A stretch of DNA of 64,000 nucleotides from Eledone cirrhosa (lineage: Eukaryota). Shown here in pieces: positions 59,947 to 64,000 of the stretch. The stretch's first letter is position 1; each line of letters opens with the position of its first letter. The notes below the pieces were generated by a model. The model ran no database searches, was not told the DNA's origin, and saw only the letters and a program-made list of their open reading frames with translations. Made by a program: the position numbers and the translations under genes. The stretch is taken from assembly GCA_964016885.1 (NCBI GenBank), contig OZ024741.1, positions 193,564,001 to 193,628,000 of the forward strand, written 5' to 3'.

Positions 59947-60351
59947 GAAGGCGCATGCCTTAGTGGTTAGAGCATTGGGCTTGTGATCGAAAGGTTGTGA
60001 GCTCGATTCTCAGACCAGGTGATGTGTTATGTCCTTGAGCAAGACACTTTATTTCACGTTGTCCCAGTTTACTCAGCTGTAGAAATGAGTTCCAGCTGCA
60101 CGCATCGAAAGACTGGTGTAGTGGTTCTGAGAACAATGCGGCTTTGCAGATGATCAATGCAAATTGAGAATGGAAAGGCGCTCCTGGTTGAGTTAGAAGG
60201 GAACTATTGACCTTTAAGAGAAACAGTGACCCCTGATTGTATTCAGCAACCACAATAAATATGAAGTACACCAAATCCAATGCTCCTAGGGGCGGCCCTG
60301 GTTCTTTTTATTTGCGAGTGTAAACTCGGCCAGATTAGATTAGATTAGATT
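59947..60351 (+). mobile_element. SINE family 1 head and core with a distinct ~240-bp tail ending in (AGATT)n
   Basis: Same head up to CAGCTGTAGAAATGAG, then unrelated sequence ending GGCCAGATTAGATTAGATTAGATT. Confidence 0.8.
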
Positions 60352-60352
60352 T

Positions 60353-60606
60353 AATAGTAGCAAACCCAAAACTCCAATGACAACTGGAATTACCTTAATA
60401 TTGTTAAGTGTTATTGACTACATTTGTGCAATTTCGATCTTCAAGTCAATATATTTTGTTATTTTTTCAACTTCTTTCAAGATTATGTTGTGATGATCTG
60501 GGATGGTAACATCTATAATCTGGCATTAATACCTATTACTGTGCATAACTACAGTATTATGTCTCTTGCATTCAAGTCTATGTGGTGAGTGAAGTCCCAT
60601 AATATC
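60353..60606 (-). mobile_element. Dong/R4-like non-LTR remnant (restriction-like endonuclease)
   Basis: ILWDF...CQIIDVTIPDHHNIILKEVEKITKYIDLKIEIAQM*...KVIPVVIGVLG. Confidence 0.75.
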
Positions 60607-60619
60607 TTCAGTTTGTCTC

Positions 60620-62378
60620 TGTCATCATCTCCACCTTGGTCTACCTCTACTGCATCTTCCTTCTAATGGTATTTCTCGGCACTTCTTCACTCAGCAATCA
60701 TCATCTATGCATATCGCATGTCTCTACCAATGCAGTCTCCTCTGTGACACACCACTTCGGATTCCTCTTCAACCCAGTTTCTCTCTCAATTCATCCAAGC
60801 TTTGCCTCTCCCTCACATTTACATTGCACATCCAACAAAGCATGGTTACTTCATTTCTCTCCAGTCTACACATGTCCTCTGCAGACACAGCCCATGCAGC
60901 ATCACACTCCATGCACAAGTGTCATACTGCCTACCTTTTGTATGTAGGGAGAAACCTCTTGTTATCAACAGAGGGAGTAGCTCTTTAAGCTTCTTCCATC
61001 CTATCCTTATTCTAGCTATTATGCTCTCAGTGCACCCTCCTTCACTGTTAATTACGTCACCTAGATAGCAAAAGCTACCAACCACTTCTATGGATCCTTC
61101 ATATTATTGGAAAAGGTTTATATCATTGGCACTCTTCCCCTTGATTACACCTATGCATCTTCTACATGCAAAGTTATCTCTCCCTGTTAGTCTACACATT
61201 ATCCCACTACAATTTTTGTGCACCCAAGATTTACATTGTGTGCATCATATAGATTTTATGCCTACTCTTTTACTACATATTGAGCAGGGTCACTTCCCTG
61301 GGGGAATCAGAGTCCAATCTTCTTTCTTACTTATTAGTACTTTAGTTTTGACTATGTTTCCTCTCAGACCTTTTGATTCCAAATTCTGTTCCCATAGTCA
61401 TAACTTATTCTCTAGTTCTTTTATGAATTCAGCTATAAGGACCAGATCATCCATATAGAGAAGTTTTCATGGACAGTCGGTCTTAAACTCCTCTGTTATG
61501 GCTTAGAGAACTATGATGAATAGCAGTGGTCTAATAACCGAACCCTGATGAACTCCTACCTGTATCTGTCACTTTCATAACTTGGTCCATTAGTTTTATT
61601 CCTCTATAGTTGCTCCTTTCTAGAGCAGCACCTTTGCCTTTGCAGCAATTTATGATAGTATTGCTGTGCCAGTCATTGGGTATGATTCTGTCCTGTAATA
61701 CCTGATTGACTATGTGGGTTAATAGTTCAACTCCTACTTCTCTCAATGCTTTTAACATCTCAGTGACTATATCTTACAGTCCTGCAGGTTTACCAATCTT
61801 CATCTCCTTGATTACTTCATTGACCCTATAACTGTCAACTTCAATAACTGGTCTTTCTGTTGGGTAAGTTGGGGAGTAATCACTCCTTCCATTCATTCAT
61901 CAGTGTCTCAAAGTAACATTTGCTAAGTGTACCTATGTCATTTCTAATACATTTTTCCCCCAACAACATTCCGATTCATACTGACACATTGCCTTGCAAT
62001 AGTGAAACATTGATCTTCATGTCTCAGGACGTTGGCAAACATCCTTTTTTCAGCCTCTCTCTGAACTGTGTATACCTGTCATCTAGTTTCTTTCTTAGCT
62101 ACCTAGTACCAGTCTCTGCTACCCCCATTTTTCCAGTCTTTCATTGCCTGTCTCTTGGCTTTAAATGGCTCTATTCACTGTGCTACTCCATCACCAGGTC
62201 ATTCTCTGTCTGGTTGACCATTTACTCCAGCCACAAGTCTCATCAGTAGTTTGCAAAAGGTTGTCACGCAAGAATTTCTAATTGCTCTCTACATTATATG
62301 TATCTAGCTCATGACCCATCTCATCAAATGCATCCTATAGGGCCTTTCTAAACCTACATTTAATCAAAAGGTCCTTTA
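60620..62378 (-). mobile_element. Degraded RTE LINE with internal deletion
   Basis: NYRGIKLMDQVMKVT joined directly to the GVHQGS region; GSFCYLGD..RIGWKKLKELLPLL. Confidence 0.85.
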
Positions 62379-63064
62379 TATAAACAGATATAATTTTATC
62401 ATATATATGTTTGTATATATATAGCGAAATCTATCCACACACTGTGACATCTAACAGGTTCTTAAGTCTGTTGAACAGGAACCTTCCTACGGTAAACACG
62501 GCAGAGTTTTGCTCTGGTCTCCAACTAGAGATGCATTTTTTTGTCTACCCATCAAACCATTAGCAAGATGTTGTCTTAGGCAAAAATACACCTTGGGCCT
62601 GCCTGTGGGCAGGGCCACAAGAAATAACAGCCAGCCACCTTTATAAGGCAAGTTACCTTGTATCGCTGCACACACGATTTCTTCATACCCACACATACCT
62701 CACACATTTTCTCCATGTACATAGTTCTCCTTGTTTGTTGTTCATGATTTTCAACTGTAACAAATGATAATTTAAGTGTTTCTGTAACAAAATGTTAATT
62801 AATAAATAATATATAAATGTTGCGGAAATTTTCGTTTTTCTATAACCATGGCAGTGTGATCGGATAAAATCACTTTCCCCATGATATTAAACACATTCGC
62901 TTTCCACAGATATTCACATTGGTTAACTATCACGACTTCGTGTTTGATCACCACCATAATGCTGGATTGATACAACTAACGTGGAGTGCTCTTACCTTCT
63001 TATGCCTGTTTATCAACAAGATGTCCCAATTCAACTCTTATAGATAAATAACACGGTAATTAGA

Positions 63065-63100
<36 letters not shown>

Positions 63101-63103
<3 letters not shown>

Positions 63104-63673
63104 GTTGTGTTCTGGAGAGGAGATTGCGTTGGCATGGACATGTGATGCATATGAAGGACAACTGTATAAAAAGGTGCAGAGCAATCAAAATTGAAGGAAG
63201 CTATGGAGTGGGTAGACCAAGGAAAACCTGGGACAAGGTGATAAAAACTGACCTTGCTCACTTACACCTCTCTAAGACAATGTCACTGGATTGAGATCTT
63301 TGGCGATATGCAGTTGTACAGAAGACTCGCCTTCCTTTGCATACAAACTTAAACCTACAGTCAGCAGGCACCTCTTAACCCAATATACACCCCACTCTAC
63401 GCCCCCTACTCTATCCTCCCATTTCCATCCACTGTAAAGTCGTCATGTCGGTGAAACAACAAAAAGCGTCCACACTGTAAAGTGGTCATGTAGGAGACAT
63501 GGTAAAAAGTTCCCAGTCCACACTGTAAATATGGTTTATGTTAGGAAGAGCATCCAGCCATAGAAAACCTGCCAGAGACGAGTGAGACACAGTCTCCTAA
63601 TTAATCCCAAATCAAGTGGAACAAAACCGTCTAACCCATGCTAGCGTGGGAGATGGATGTTAAACGATGATGA
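63101..63673 (+). mobile_element. RTE 3' fragment and 3'UTR
   Basis: CCVLERRLRWHGHVMHMKD..GRPRKTWD; tail GGATGTTAAACGATGATG. Confidence 0.85.
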
Positions 63674-63677
63674 TATA

Positions 63678-64000
63678 TCATCATCATCGTTTAACGTCTA
63701 TCTTCCACGCTAGCATGGGTTAGACAGGAGTTGTCCAACTTCAGGCAAGATTGGTCGGGTGACTATGTCTCGCTCGTATAGGACTATCTGGCAGGTTTTC
63801 TACGGCTGGATGCCCTTCCTAACACCAACCACATTTACAGAGTGGACTGGGAACTTTTCACCGTGTTACCTACAGTGTGAACTGTGTGTTTTTTTTTGTC
63901 GTGACACCTACACAATCTCATTTACTTTGGACTGGATGTTGTAGTACCAACATAACTTTATAGAGAAAGGGTGTTGTTGGCTGGAGTGGGAGGATGGAGT
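63678..64000 (-). mobile_element. RTE 3'UTR, tail-to-tail with the previous element
   Basis: CATCATCGTTTAACGTC..GGATGCCCTTCCTAACACCAACC. Confidence 0.85.

Noticed and set aside
62440-62510. Hammerhead-like hairpin
   Set aside because: The AGGTTC/GAACCT stem is present, but neither CUGANGA nor GAAA is intact.

Overview
Eukaryotic, AT-rich and very repeat-dense genomic DNA. The SINE/LINE repertoire and the (TA)n, (CAT)n and (GAA)n microsatellites suggest a coleoid cephalopod, probably an octopod (inference). The only host gene I can support is on the minus strand: five GT-AG exons (52982-52907, 52171-52043, 46712-46584, 44346-44117, 41665-41453) splice in frame to 259 codons resembling the central part of dynein regulatory complex subunit 7 (DRC7/CCDC135). 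No further downstream exon was found, so positions 1-41452 appear to be one intron of more than 41 kb. The introns are filled with RTE-clade LINEs whose RT carries an inserted PHD-type finger, two CR1-group LINEs, Penelope-like (RT/GIY-YIG) remnants, a Dong/R4-like remnant, Tc1/mariner remnants and two tRNA-derived SINE families. One SINE family is strikingly modular. The most interesting signal is a set of type I hammerhead ribozyme motifs inside short inverted-repeat cassettes next to microsatellites: 40385-40466 (-), a back-to-back pair at 14640-14732, and a decayed copy at 3329-3406. Two of these are in the sense orientation of the DRC7 pre-mRNA. All family assignments come from recognising motifs by eye; no database search was run.
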